Shown: positions 38,584-48,976 of the stretch, in pieces
Layout of the letters: each line of letters begins with the position of its first letter
Numbering within the stretch: position 1 is the first letter of the stretch
From: Spirochaetia bacterium
GTDB lineage: Bacteria; Spirochaetota; Spirochaetia; CADAEX01
Direction: 5' to 3'
DNA length: 64,000 nucleotides
Assembly: GCA_963662795.1 (NCBI GenBank)
Contig: OY759746.1
Location: 2,752,001 to 2,816,000 of the forward strand
Position numbers and translations under genes: made by a program
Notes under the pieces: generated by a model
What the model was told of the DNA's origin: nothing
Seen by the model: only the letters and a program-made list of their open reading frames with translations
Database searches by the model: none

Positions 38584-39363
38584 TTGAACGTATTGGGATT
38601 TCAGAAACAATTCAAACTGAAAACTCCTCAAATAAGTCAATCCAGAAAAAAAGAGTTGCTTCTATTCCAAAGTCATGCGGAGCTGAGGTTCAGGAAGCTT
38701 GATTTCCTGAACCTTGCTTTTTGCCACCGTTCTTATGCGAATGAAACCCAGGAAGATGTAGACAACAACGAAAAACTTGAATTTCTGGGTGATTCCATTC
38801 TTGGTCTTGTTGCAAGCGAATATCTTTATTATCTGCTGCCTGACAAGGCAGAAGGTGACCTGGCGCGGATAAAAAGCTTTGTCGTAAGTGAAAACACCCT
38901 CAGCATAGTCGCCAGAAAAATAAAAGTTGATAACTATATACTGATAGGCAGGGGGGAAGAGTATTCAGGCGGCAGAAACAAGAAAGCAATACTCGCCGAC
39001 TGTGTTGAAGCCATAATAGGGGCATATTACCTTGATTCAGGAATCAAGGCTGTCCGGACATTTATTCTTACCCATATTGTTCCCGAAATAATGAAAGTTA
39101 TTGAGAACAGGCACGACAAGGATTACAAGACACTTCTTCAGGAATTTGTACAGAAAAAATATAAAACCTATCCCAAATATAAAATGCTTAAAAAAACCGG
39201 TCCCGATCATGACAGGACTTTTCTTGTTGAAGTCAAGATAAAAGACCGGACTTTCGGGCCCGGCGAAGGTAAAAACAAAAAAGCTGCAGAGCAGAGTGCG
39301 GCGAGTATCGCCTATAAGGCTTTTATCGCAGAAATGGGCGAAATCGAAGCCGGACTTGAATAA
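38584..39363 (+). CDS. rnc: Ribonuclease III
   Basis: NEKLEFLGDSIL, ADCVEAIIGA, dsRBD DYKTLLQE..GPDH..KKAAEQ. Confidence 0.96.
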   Translation: MNVLGFQKQFKLKTPQISQSRKKELLLFQSHAELRFRKLDFLNLAFCHRSYANETQEDVDNNEKLEFLGDSILGLVASEYLYYLLPDKAEGDLARIKSFVVSENTLSIVARKIKVDNYILIGRGEEYSGGRNKKAILADCVEAIIGAYYLDSGIKAVRTFILTHIVPEIMKVIENRHDKDYKTLLQEFVQKKYKTYPKYKMLKKTGPDHDRTFLVEVKIKDRTFGPGEGKNKKAAEQSAASIAYKAFIAEMGEIEAGLE

Positions 39364-39402
39364 AAGGGACCTTAAAAAGTCACCCTTACGAATCGTACTG
39401 AG

Positions 39403-40761
39403 CTAAATATCAAATCTTGACCTGTAATAATTTCTTGCTATCTCTATGAGTTTTTCCCTGTTGTTAAGCTGAGGATCTTCAAGTACAGATTCAAGCAGGA
39501 ATTCCAGGACTTTTCCCATCTCAGGCCCCTTGGGTATTCCTGACTCTGATAAGATATTACCTGTAATATCGAGATCTTTTATCGAGAAAGCAGATTCGCT
39601 TTCAATAATACTGTTTATCCGTTTTATAAAGGATGAATCAGATGGGCAGTTGATATATTTTCCCGCCATACCGGCCCTGTCTGCGTATCTGAGCTTTAAA
39701 AGCGGCTTTATGTAATTTACCCCGACTTTGGCGATAAGTCTCCGTACAGCACTATCGCTCCATTCTTCAGTGTAATTAAACATGTGGTTTTTTATCAGGT
39801 GAACAGCCTGGGCAATAGTATTTTTAGGGAATTTCAGTCTGGTCAATATTTTTTTCGCAATATTGGCAGATACTTCATCATGGTTGTAAAAGGTTGGAAC
39901 ATTGTCCTTCACTTCAAGACATGCAGGTTTGCCGATGTCATGCAGCAGGGCGGAAAGTCTTAAAATCAGATCTTTTTCTGCGAAATCTGCTGAATAAAGC
40001 GCATGCTCGAACACATCAAATTTATGCATTTCCCTCTGAGCGACTCCGCTCCCCTCAAGCAGCTCCGGGATGATGTATTCAAGTACTCCTGTTTCCTTCA
40101 TTATGAAAAAAGCGGTAGAGGGTTTATCAGATAATAGTATTTTTATTATCTCATCCCTTATTCTTTCGGCTGAGATAAATTTTAATCTGTGTGCTTCCAT
40201 TTTTATGCCGGAAAGAGTGTCCCCCTCAATTTCAAAACCAAGCTGGGATGCAAACCTGCAAGCCCTGAGCACCCTGAGTCCATCCTCCGCAAACCTTTCC
40301 TGCGGATTACCTATGGCCCTTATAATCCTGTTTTTAAGATCCTTAAGCCCATCCTGGGGGTCGAGAATTTTACCTGTCAATGGATCGAGCGCCATGGCAT
40401 TGATTGTGAAATCACGTCTTGCAAGGTCTGCATCTATTGAAGAGCTGTATTCTATGGAATCGGGGTGTCTGCTGTTTGTATAGGCCCCGTCAATTCTGAA
40501 AGTTGTAACTTCAAGAGAAAAGCCCTGGAATAAAACAGTAACTGTTCCATGTTCAATACCTGTCGGAATTACGGATCTGAAAAGTTTTATAACATCTTCC
40601 GGCAGGGCATCGGTTGCAAAATCATAATCAGCAGGCTTTATTCCGCGGATATAATTCCTTACCGCTCCCCCTACAAGGTAGCACATGAAGCCTGAGTCTT
40701 TGAATATTCTGCAAAAATCTTTAATCTGATGCGGTATTTTCACAATTATTACAGTTAACAC
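39403..40761 (-). CDS. cca: CCA tRNA nucleotidyltransferase (HD domain)
   Basis: YLVGGAVR, DYDFAT, DLARRDFTINAMA, EDGLRVLRA, LLHDIGK. Confidence 0.92.
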   Translation of the reverse strand: MLTVIIVKIPHQIKDFCRIFKDSGFMCYLVGGAVRNYIRGIKPADYDFATDALPEDVIKLFRSVIPTGIEHGTVTVLFQGFSLEVTTFRIDGAYTNSRHPDSIEYSSSIDADLARRDFTINAMALDPLTGKILDPQDGLKDLKNRIIRAIGNPQERFAEDGLRVLRACRFASQLGFEIEGDTLSGIKMEAHRLKFISAERIRDEIIKILLSDKPSTAFFIMKETGVLEYIIPELLEGSGVAQREMHKFDVFEHALYSADFAEKDLILRLSALLHDIGKPACLEVKDNVPTFYNHDEVSANIAKKILTRLKFPKNTIAQAVHLIKNHMFNYTEEWSDSAVRRLIAKVGVNYIKPLLKLRYADRAGMAGKYINCPSDSSFIKRINSIIESESAFSIKDLDITGNILSESGIPKGPEMGKVLEFLLESVLEDPQLNNREKLIEIARNYYRSRFDI

Positions 40762-40847
40762 TTATTGTAAATATGATGTCAATAAGAGCGGTATTTCAAT
40801 GACTTCTTAAAAACAAAAAAAGCGGAACAGGAAGCGGAATTACAGGA

Positions 40848-40881
40848 TAAAAAAACCCGGCCTGTTAAGCGGCCGGGTTTT
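40848..40881 (-). terminator. flaB terminator
   Basis: AAAAAAACCCGGCC...GGCCGGGTTTT. Confidence 0.8.
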
Positions 40882-40920
40882 CAGAAATATTATTTCAATT
40901 CTGAATTCAGTTTTCCCTTT

Positions 40921-41796
40921 TTACTGGAAAAGCTGCATAACAGACTGGCTCTTCTGGTTAGCCTGGGCAAGCATTGCAGTTGAAGCCTGTATAAGGATCT
41001 GGTTTTTGACAAAGTCAACCATTTCCCTTGCCATGTCGGTATCCCTGATTCTTGATTCAGCGGCCTGAAGGTTTTCAGAACCGACAGCAAGACCCTTAAC
41101 AGCGTGGTCAAGCCTGTTCTGGTAAGCGCCGAGATCTGCTCTCTGCTTGTTTACCTTCTGAAGAGCGGAATCTACAAGAGCAATAGCCATATTCGCCCTG
41201 TCCGGAGTGGAAAGGGAAATAAAGGTTGCAGAGCCCGGCATGCCTGACGGGCTCTGAATACCAAGGCCCTGGGCAGTCATTGTTCCGATGAAAATTCTTT
41301 CCCTCTGATCCATGTTTGCGCCGATATGGAGCCACATGCTTGCTGTAACAACGTTTTCACCTGTTTCCCTGGCAAACCTTCCTGTCATCATGTTAAGGCC
41401 GTTAAACTGTGCGTGTGAAGCAATTCTGTTTACTTCATCAACCAGCTGAGAAACCTCAACCTGTATCTGCATTCTGTCTTCTGCTGTGTAGATACCGTTT
41501 GATGCCTGGATTGCAAGTTCCCTTAATCTCTGGAGTATGTCCTGGGATTCCTGTAAATAACCTTCAGTAGACTGTATGAATGATATACCGTCCTGGGCAT
41601 TCTGTTCCGCCCTGTTGAGGCCCTTGATCTGGGATCTCATCTTTTCAGAAACAGCAAGCCCTGACGCATCATCGCCAGCCCTGTTGATTCTCATGCCGGA
41701 TGAGAGTTTTTCCATGTTTTTTTCAATGCCTAAATTGTTGAATTTCTGTGTCCGCGATGCGAACATTGCGCTTAGATTGTGGTTAATAACCATCAT
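40921..41796 (-). CDS. flaB: Flagellar filament core protein FlaB (flagellin)
   Basis: [56 protein letters not shown]. Confidence 0.97.
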   Translation of the reverse strand: MMVINHNLSAMFASRTQKFNNLGIEKNMEKLSSGMRINRAGDDASGLAVSEKMRSQIKGLNRAEQNAQDGISFIQSTEGYLQESQDILQRLRELAIQASNGIYTAEDRMQIQVEVSQLVDEVNRIASHAQFNGLNMMTGRFARETGENVVTASMWLHIGANMDQRERIFIGTMTAQGLGIQSPSGMPGSATFISLSTPDRANMAIALVDSALQKVNKQRADLGAYQNRLDHAVKGLAVGSENLQAAESRIRDTDMAREMVDFVKNQILIQASTAMLAQANQKSQSVMQLFQ

Positions 41797-41872
41797 ATCC
41801 TCCTTGATATTAAAGCAGACATCCTTGTCTGCCGTTCTACTATCTCTTTCGGGATATTAAAAAAATCCTTTA
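41797..41872 (-). promoter_or_regulatory. sigma28 promoter and CsrA-type leader of flaB
   Basis: Minus strand TAAA..TCCCGAAAG; hairpin GCAGACA-AGGA-TGTCTGC (41815-41832); second GGA in SD AAGGAGG. Confidence 0.8.
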
Positions 41873-41944
41873 GTAAAAAAAGAATATATATTAGACTTTT
41901 TAAATCAGATCAGCAAATTTGACAAAACAGCCAATCAGGGGAAT

Positions 41945-42595
41945 ATGGTGAAAGGAATTTTATTTACGGGAGGGGAGGGACCTTCCCTTTCAGAAGAAGT
42001 TGCGGAAATCCTGAAGGATGCCTCACTGACAGCAGCCGCAGATTCCGGATTCGAATTAGCGCAAAAAATCGGGATTAAACCTGATTTTATACTTGGTGAT
42101 ATGGATTCCATAAAAAATGCCGAAAATATATTAAGGGATTATCCGGAAGAAAGAATAATCCGGTATAAATCTGAAAAAGATTATACAGATACCGAGCTTG
42201 GATTTGATTTTCTTGCTGAAAAAGGGTGCCGTCCGATTATAATTGCCGGCGGCTGGGGAGGAAGGACAGATCACTTTATTGGTATTTTTTATCTCTTTTT
42301 CAGGGATATTCACCCCGATATATGGATAATGAAAGATGAAACTGCTATCAGTGTTGAAGGCACTTTCTCCATGAATACATCCGCAGGTGAAATTATATCA
42401 CTTTTTCCTGTTTCCAGGGGTGTCTGCAGGATGAAGAGCCGCGGCCTTAAATGGGAACTTGATTCACTGAATTGGATATCCGGAGATTGCGGAATAAGCA
42501 ATGTTGCGCTTGGCAGCCGCATTGAAATTGAAATGAAAGAGGGACGGCTTTTGCTGATAAAAAGAACGTCACGATATAAGCCAGAGGGCATATAA
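41945..42595 (+). CDS. thiN: Thiamine diphosphokinase
   Basis: AADSG, GDMDSI, EKDYTDTELG, GGRTDH, GLKWEL, GISN. Confidence 0.92.
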   Translation: MVKGILFTGGEGPSLSEEVAEILKDASLTAAADSGFELAQKIGIKPDFILGDMDSIKNAENILRDYPEERIIRYKSEKDYTDTELGFDFLAEKGCRPIIIAGGWGGRTDHFIGIFYLFFRDIHPDIWIMKDETAISVEGTFSMNTSAGEIISLFPVSRGVCRMKSRGLKWELDSLNWISGDCGISNVALGSRIEIEMKEGRLLLIKRTSRYKPEGI

Positions 42596-44496
42596 TGGTT
42601 AAAAATGTATTTGATGAGATGTCTTCCTCCATATCCGACAGGGAGAGGAAGGATCTGCTTAAAAAAATCAACAGGAGTATGAATCTTAAAACCGGTACGG
42701 ATGAAAGTATTTATCATGTTGATGTTTCGAAAGAAGAAAAAGATAAATTCTTAAGAAATGAAATAGAATCTCTTGGTTTTTTTGCAAGATTGATTTTGAA
42801 ACTGAAAAAAATATTTTCCGGCAGATCTGAAGAAACTATTTATAATTCAATGAAGTTCAATCAGCTTAAAAAAGCAATAACCAAAAAAGCCCCCGGAATT
42901 ACATTTTTTGAGACAAGAACTATTTCAAAATCATTTGCTGAAATTGTATATAAGCTCTATTTGACAATACTTCCGCTCAGGGAGCTTTTTGAAGATTTCT
43001 GGGCTCAGGGCGATACCTTTAACAAGGTGCTGACTGAGCTGATAAATTCCAGAATGACAGATTCAGTTAAAAATGTGGACGATCTTTTAACTGATGATGA
43101 AGCTGAAAAAGTACTGTTTGAAAAAGAGACCAAATCTGCCGTAAAAGAAGAAATACTCAAAAAATTCAACAGCCATATCAAGGATATTCCTGATGAGATA
43201 TTTTTTGAAATGGAAGATGAAATACTCCCGCTTTATTATTTCAGGCCGGTAATTTGTTTTCCATATCTTCAGTTTCTTAAAAGTTTCGGATTTAACCCTT
43301 ATTCGGAAAACAGCTCCTATAATTTCAAAAATGCTTCAATTCTTGCCTGTATTGATGAAATGGAAAAATTCTATTATGCGGTGTACATGGTTTTGAAGGT
43401 AATAAAACCGGTAAAAATCAATTCTCTTATAGGAAGACATTTTTATAAATTTACTGAAGGTGAAGATAATTTCAATGAACAGGTGCAGGCAGAAAGCATT
43501 GAGTCAGATGAAAATGACATTGTAAAGGAACTGGAGGACAAGCTTTCCACGGGAGAAAGCGGAGAAACAGATGACGTCCCTGCCGCTCAGGGTGAGGCCG
43601 GGGAAAACGGGGATAAAAGCGAAGAAGAAAAGCTTAAATGGTTTTATTTAAAAATGAATGAAATCCATGATGAGTGCAGAAGAATCAGTAAAAAAGTACC
43701 TCTTGTAGAGCTTATAAAGTACTACAGAAATGATTATTACTACAAACTTGCATTCTATATACCCAAATTAAGGCTTAAGGATTTCTATTTTGCAAATCTG
43801 AAGATAAAAATGCTTGAACAGGTAAACTCCAAATATGTAAAGGCAAGAAATCAGCTGATTGAAAAAAATATTGATAAATTTTTCAAAGGGCGGAAGATGA
43901 AGAAATTCATGCATTTTAGAATCTACACAAGCTTTGATTATGAAAAAATGGGATTGAGTTATTTTTCGCATCTGAAAAGCATGGAATTGCTCAATAATTA
44001 CCTTATTCATTATTATAATCCGAATCTCCGTCATATTATTGATCTTATGACAAGAACAGTGCTTGCTCAGGATAAGATTACCGCAAACACAATAATGATG
44101 CAGATATCAACAATTGACGATTCGTTTGTAAAGATACAGGATTTTGATAATTCGCTGAGTCCCGAGATGGAAGACGGAAAAATGTTCCTGCGGCTGAGAT
44201 ATGGTCTTGGAAATGATACTGCCTATTTAAAGATGTATAAAACTTTTACTTTGCAGAAGGACAAGATCTGCCAGGAGATTACCCAGAAAACCCTTGAAGC
44301 ATTTGATATTGTCATCAAAAATTTCTCAGAACTGCTTAACTCTTCCCTGTATGAAGTGAGAAACTCTCTTGCAGCAATTTATACAATCAATGGCAAGTCA
44401 AAGCCATACCGGGAATATCTTTCTGAAACTGTTGAAAACATCAAGTATTTTAAAGGACTAATTATTCAGCTCCTGAAACTTGAGGGCGGCGGCTGA
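42595..44496 (+). CDS. Conserved spirochaete helical protein (DUF5312-like)
   Basis: 633-aa ORF coupled to thiN; family assignment from recollection only. Confidence 0.55.
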   Translation: MVKNVFDEMSSSISDRERKDLLKKINRSMNLKTGTDESIYHVDVSKEEKDKFLRNEIESLGFFARLILKLKKIFSGRSEETIYNSMKFNQLKKAITKKAPGITFFETRTISKSFAEIVYKLYLTILPLRELFEDFWAQGDTFNKVLTELINSRMTDSVKNVDDLLTDDEAEKVLFEKETKSAVKEEILKKFNSHIKDIPDEIFFEMEDEILPLYYFRPVICFPYLQFLKSFGFNPYSENSSYNFKNASILACIDEMEKFYYAVYMVLKVIKPVKINSLIGRHFYKFTEGEDNFNEQVQAESIESDENDIVKELEDKLSTGESGETDDVPAAQGEAGENGDKSEEEKLKWFYLKMNEIHDECRRISKKVPLVELIKYYRNDYYYKLAFYIPKLRLKDFYFANLKIKMLEQVNSKYVKARNQLIEKNIDKFFKGRKMKKFMHFRIYTSFDYEKMGLSYFSHLKSMELLNNYLIHYYNPNLRHIIDLMTRTVLAQDKITANTIMMQISTIDDSFVKIQDFDNSLSPEMEDGKMFLRLRYGLGNDTAYLKMYKTFTLQKDKICQEITQKTLEAFDIVIKNFSELLNSSLYEVRNSLAAIYTINGKSKPYREYLSETVENIKYFKGLIIQLLKLEGGG

Positions 44497-44962
44497 ACTC
44501 TTCCTTAAGCTTTTCGCATGTTTCAACAGGATTTTCAACAAGAACTTTCTGTCCCGCAATAAGGTCGACGATGCCTGCCTCTCCCGGGTAGCGTGGGATT
44601 ACATGGAGATGAAGATGCTCTATAGAAGCGCCGGCAATGCGCCCCATATTGTATCCTATGTTGTAGCCGTGCGGCTTATAAACCCTTTCAAGAATATCAA
44701 GACACATCTTCTGTGTTTCACAGAGTTTGCATGATTCATCATGCGACAGGGCTCTGATGTCTGTTACATGCCTGTTCGGGAAAATTATAATATGCCCGGG
44801 ATTGTATGGATACAGATTGACGGCAACTGTAAAAAAGCCTGTTTCATACACTTTGAGGTTTACTGTTTTATCTGAATTATCACGGACCAGGCACAGAATA
44901 CAGCCTTCCGGCTTTTTCCCTTCAAGATAGGCAATTTTATCAAAGTTAATAAAGTATGACAT
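44462..44962 (-). CDS. HIT family hydrolase (Ap4A phosphorylase-like)
   Basis: CILC, NLYPYNPGH, HLHLHVIPR. Confidence 0.9.
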   Translation of the reverse strand: MSYFINFDKIAYLEGKKPEGCILCLVRDNSDKTVNLKVYETGFFTVAVNLYPYNPGHIIIFPNRHVTDIRALSHDESCKLCETQKMCLDILERVYKPHGYNIGYNMGRIAGASIEHLHLHVIPRYPGEAGIVDLIAGQKVLVENPVETCEKLKEEFSRRPQVSGAE

Positions 44963-45828
44963 TATTGGCCATCCGGTTTTTTTATGTTTGCCTTTATAAT
45001 ATCAATATCAGGGTTGATTTTAAGATATTCAAGCAGAATAGGGTACTTTGTAAGCAGCTGTCCGTATTTTTCAAGAATATCAAGCCTTTTGGCAAGGTCT
45101 GTTTCAAACGCGGCTGACTTGATTTCTGAATCAAGCATCTGCTTCTTTTTGATGGAGGATATCTCGTCATACTGATCCATTGCTTTTCTGTAGAGCCTTA
45201 AATCCGGAAAGCTGATATTTTGAATTTCAATTTCAACCTGCTTTATATTGTCCGCTTTTTCAAAAATTTCAGCGCTCAATGCTTCTTTTGAAAAAATTTC
45301 CTTTGATGGATCAATAATTTCATCAGTACCGGAAATTATATAGCTGACAGCATTGTCTATGTGGTTTCTCAGGGTAAGTTCAATTTGAGTATCTGTCATT
45401 TCATGGATTGCTTTTGTTTTTTCAGGATCAATAACAGCATCTGATTGTTCTTCTGATGTGATATTGACTATAAAATCATGGATAAAAGTATCTTCAAGTT
45501 TGTATGAAGCTGTCATCGAAGCCGTCCAGGTGAAGTCCGGGCTGCCGGGGAAGGCTGCCGATAAAGTATCTGCTGAAGGAAGTTTCCCTTTCAATGAAAA
45601 CTCTGTTTTCCTGCTGCCGGTATTTACAAGATAAATTTTCGAGTTCCCCGGAATAAGTTTCTGCCATCTCCAGTGGAATTCACCTGTCTGCATAAGAGTT
45701 TCTTCATATCCGGTAATTGAAGAGAAAAACACTGCGGAATTATTTTCAGGCACTCTGACCCAGCCGAAATATAGGACAGCAACTGCTGCGGCAGCGAGGA
45801 GAAACATGAAAAATAAAAATTTTTTCAT
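44962..45828 (-). CDS. Membrane-anchored SPFH/band-7-like hypothetical protein
   Basis: TM then FGWVRVPENNSAVFFS..GEFHWRWQKLIP; C-terminal helical region. Confidence 0.5.
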   Translation of the reverse strand: MKKFLFFMFLLAAAAVAVLYFGWVRVPENNSAVFFSSITGYEETLMQTGEFHWRWQKLIPGNSKIYLVNTGSRKTEFSLKGKLPSADTLSAAFPGSPDFTWTASMTASYKLEDTFIHDFIVNITSEEQSDAVIDPEKTKAIHEMTDTQIELTLRNHIDNAVSYIISGTDEIIDPSKEIFSKEALSAEIFEKADNIKQVEIEIQNISFPDLRLYRKAMDQYDEISSIKKKQMLDSEIKSAAFETDLAKRLDILEKYGQLLTKYPILLEYLKINPDIDIIKANIKKPDGQ

Positions 45829-45841
45829 TGCACAACTCCAT

Positions 45842-46750
45842 TTATAAATTTAAAACAGCCCGTAGACTGCAAAGTTCTGTAATTACATAATCCGGCTTTA
45901 TGCCGGACAATTCCGTGTTGTTTTCCCTCAGCCGGAGAGATCGTCTGTCTCCCGCAAAAAGGCATGTCTGCATTCCGGCTGTAAATGCGGTTTTTATGTC
46001 ATTAAGCATATCATTGCCTATGTAAAGCACCTCATCAGCGGAAATGTTTTTTTCCTTTTTAAGCCATAAAGAAGCTTTTTCAAACATATCAATACCTGGT
46101 TTTGCAGTTCCTGTTTCATAGGAATAGTAACAGATCCCGGGGTTAAAACCAAGCTGCGGGGCAGTTATTCCCAGATATGCTTCAAAAAGAAGCCTTGTAT
46201 AAAACTGGGCATTTGAAATAATTCCCATAATCAGCCCTTTTTCCCTGATATACGATAATGTTTCTGCAAGACCGGGCATAGGCCATGTCCTGTTGGCTAT
46301 AGACTCGTAGACAACAGCAATCTCCTCTATCTTTTCCTTTGTCGCTGCAAGACCAAGCTGGCTGAGTGTTATATCCCAGATATCCCTTATTTCAACCTCG
46401 GGGTTTTTATTACCTATCTTTTTTTCATCCGCGTGTTTGTCGGCAATTGCCCTGTAAAAAATATCCCTTATGGAATTCCGTCCATCCCCTTTTATCAGTT
46501 CCGCATCTGTCAGTCCGCACAACTTTAAAGCCTTGCTGAAAAGATGTGAGTCCGGGACAGTTTTCGAGGTTGAAATATCACCAGCCTCTGAAATAAAGAG
46601 TGTCCCGTATAAATCAAACAGCACAGCCCTTACCGGCGGCTTTTTTTCCCGATTGGATTGTTCAGCTGAAGCAGAAACAGAAGCCGGAACAGGAACAGGT
46701 TCAAGATAAGCGCTGAAGCTGCTTATTATTTCCGGAAGTGTCATTTCCAT
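45842..46750 (-). CDS. HAD family hydrolase
   Basis: FDLYGTL, ISNAQ, AKPG, IGNDMLNDI. Confidence 0.88.
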   Translation of the reverse strand: MEMTLPEIISSFSAYLEPVPVPASVSASAEQSNREKKPPVRAVLFDLYGTLFISEAGDISTSKTVPDSHLFSKALKLCGLTDAELIKGDGRNSIRDIFYRAIADKHADEKKIGNKNPEVEIRDIWDITLSQLGLAATKEKIEEIAVVYESIANRTWPMPGLAETLSYIREKGLIMGIISNAQFYTRLLFEAYLGITAPQLGFNPGICYYSYETGTAKPGIDMFEKASLWLKKEKNISADEVLYIGNDMLNDIKTAFTAGMQTCLFAGDRRSLRLRENNTELSGIKPDYVITELCSLRAVLNL

Positions 46751-46839
46751 GCCTTGATTTTACGATATATCACCGGCATCAGGCAACAATAAAGAGCATC
46801 AGCATCTTTAAAAATTGTTGTTTTAGGCATATTATATAA

Positions 46840-47172
46840 ATGATGATTGATTTAACTAGAAAATGGTTTTTCCGCGCATCCGAGAAAATCCTGATTTTTT
46901 TATTCTTTATCCATTTATTTGTATTTACACTCTATATTTCAGGAAATTTTCAATCCTTTCTTGATTCAACACAGATAATGCTGCTTAATATCACAGTCGG
47001 GGCAGCTATAATACTTTTTACGTCTTCAATAGTATATGGAAGCGTACTTGTCTTGTCCGGAGCTGGAAGAAAAAAACACCTGACAGGTAAATATATCTTT
47101 TTTCTGGCATCACTGCTTATAAGTGCAGCCGTTTTTGCACTTTCGAAAATTATTCTTGTCTGGTCAGGCTGA
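46840..47172 (+). CDS. Small membrane protein
   Basis: 3 TM segments; GNFQSFLDSTQ. Confidence 0.65.
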   Translation: MMIDLTRKWFFRASEKILIFLFFIHLFVFTLYISGNFQSFLDSTQIMLLNITVGAAIILFTSSIVYGSVLVLSGAGRKKHLTGKYIFFLASLLISAAVFALSKIILVWSG

Positions 47173-47263
47173 TTTCCCTTACCGTAATACAATTCAATAT
47201 CGATAATCTTTATATAATGAAACCATTTATCCTGTTTACTCCTGCCGTTTCTGAGGACGCTGA

Positions 47264-48061
47264 TTGAAAAAAAATATTATGCTTAAAACCAGTCTTGATG
47301 TTATGCATATCCGCCGTCCATGCAGAATAGTTGAAGAACTTCTCCTTTCTCTACCCGGAATAATAAAACCTGGAATTAAAACCATTGATATTGACAGCTA
47401 TGCCCGTGATTTTATTGAAAGCAGACATGGAGTGCCGGCCCTGAAAGGCTACAAAGGATTTCCCGGAAATGTATGCATATCTGTAAATAATGTTGCGGCT
47501 CACGGTATCGGGTGCGGCTATGAGCTTGAGGAGGGAGATATTGTAACTGTTGACACAACAGTAGAAGTAAACGGCTGGTATGGGGACGGAGCATGGACAT
47601 ATATTGCAGGCGTTGGAACACCGGAAAAAAAAAGGCTTGTAAAGGCAGCCTGGAAAGCCATGATGGCCGGTATATCAGAAACTGTTTCCGGTAAACGGCT
47701 TGGAGATATTGGGAACGCTGTGGAAAAAACCGCAAGGAGGTATGGATGCCGGGTAATTGAGGATCTTGCCGGACATGGTATTGGAAGAGACATCCACGAA
47801 GAGCCGGTAGTTCTTAATGTAGGGAAAAAGGGACAGGGGCTGCCTGTTGTCCCTGGACTGGTAATAACAATTGAGCCGATTCTTACGCTTGGTACCAAAG
47901 ATATCCACATTCATACTGATAAATGGTCAATAATAACAGGTGATAATAATCTGACGGCACAGTTTGAATGTACGCTTGCCGTATTTTCAAATCATACTGA
48001 CGTCCTCACCTTAAACAGCATAAATTTGGAAAAGTATATTGACTTTCCGCCGATGTTTTAA
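47264..48061 (+). CDS. map: Type I methionine aminopeptidase
   Basis: CISVNNVAAHG, GWYGD, GHGIGRDIHEEP, IEPI, QFE. Confidence 0.93.
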   Translation: MKKNIMLKTSLDVMHIRRPCRIVEELLLSLPGIIKPGIKTIDIDSYARDFIESRHGVPALKGYKGFPGNVCISVNNVAAHGIGCGYELEEGDIVTVDTTVEVNGWYGDGAWTYIAGVGTPEKKRLVKAAWKAMMAGISETVSGKRLGDIGNAVEKTARRYGCRVIEDLAGHGIGRDIHEEPVVLNVGKKGQGLPVVPGLVITIEPILTLGTKDIHIHTDKWSIITGDNNLTAQFECTLAVFSNHTDVLTLNSINLEKYIDFPPMF

Positions 48062-48109
48062 TAATATCGACCACGTTATTTATCCCGGATAAAAACAGGA
48101 TATTTATTT

Positions 48110-48183
48110 GCCGCCTTAGCTCAGCTGGCCAGAGCACGTGACTTGTAATCTCGGGGTCGTCAGTTCAAATCTGACAGGCGGCT
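48110..48183 (+). tRNA. tRNA-Thr(TGT)
   Basis: GCCGCCT/AGGCGGC acceptor, anticodon loop CTTGTAA, GTTCAAATC. Confidence 0.95.
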
Positions 48184-48246
48184 AAAAAGTTTTACTGCGG
48201 TTGTTGACTTTTAACAGCAACTCTGTTTAACTATCTTAACTAAATA

Positions 48247-48328
48247 GGGGAGATTCCCGAGCGGCCAAAGGGGGCAGACTGTAAATCTGTTGGCTACGCC
48301 TTCGAAGGTTCGAATCCTTCTCTCCCCA
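48247..48328 (+). tRNA. tRNA-Tyr(GTA)
   Basis: GGGGAGA/TCTCCCC acceptor, GCAGA-CTGTAAA-TCTGT, long variable arm, GGTTCGAATCC. Confidence 0.96.
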
Positions 48329-48329
48329 T

Positions 48330-48357
48330 AACCTTCCTGTCAAAAGGAAGGTTTTTT
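48330..48357 (+). terminator. Terminator after tRNA-Tyr
   Basis: AACCTTCC...GGAAGGTTTTTT. Confidence 0.8.
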
Positions 48358-48384
48358 ATTTATCAGGCAATTAAGGAAAGAATT

Positions 48385-48822
48385 ATGGATCAGCCATTTT
48401 ACAAAGACGGACTTGACTTCGAATGTACCAGGTGCTCAAGGTGCTGCAGGCATGATCCGGGTTATGTTTTTTTATCTGAAAATGATATTAAAAAACTTTC
48501 AAAAGTTATCGGAGTTGATAGAAAGGAATTCCTTGCCAGATACTGCAAGGTTGTAAATCTTGGAGGATTTATCAGAATCAGCCTTATCGAAAAAAGCAAT
48601 AATGACTGTATCCTCTGGGCGGATGGAGGATGCACTGTCTATAAATCAAGGCCGCTTCAGTGTATGACATATCCATTCTGGAGCTCATCCCTTAATTCCA
48701 GGGAGGATTGGGATGCCCTCTCCCGCAACTGCCCCGGAATAAACAGGGGCCGGCATTATACAGCCGCAGAAATTGAAGAAAAACTGATGCTGAGAAAAAA
48801 AGAGCCCCTGTCTGAAGGTTGA
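48385..48822 (+). CDS. YkgJ family Cys-cluster (Fe-S/Zn) protein
   Basis: FECTRCSRCC, DCILW..GCTVYKSRPLQCMTYPFW, CPG. Confidence 0.9.
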   Translation: MDQPFYKDGLDFECTRCSRCCRHDPGYVFLSENDIKKLSKVIGVDRKEFLARYCKVVNLGGFIRISLIEKSNNDCILWADGGCTVYKSRPLQCMTYPFWSSSLNSREDWDALSRNCPGINRGRHYTAAEIEEKLMLRKKEPLSEG

Positions 48823-48976
48823 CCGGAAGAGGTGCTTAACGCAGGCCTTGAAACGGGTGTCTTAAAAATAAACAGATTGACAAACAGTTCCTATACGATA
48901 AACTATATTTAAAAGTATTTTTATGCTATTTAAAATACAGTAATGCATTTTACAAGTATAAAATCAGGTATGGCAA

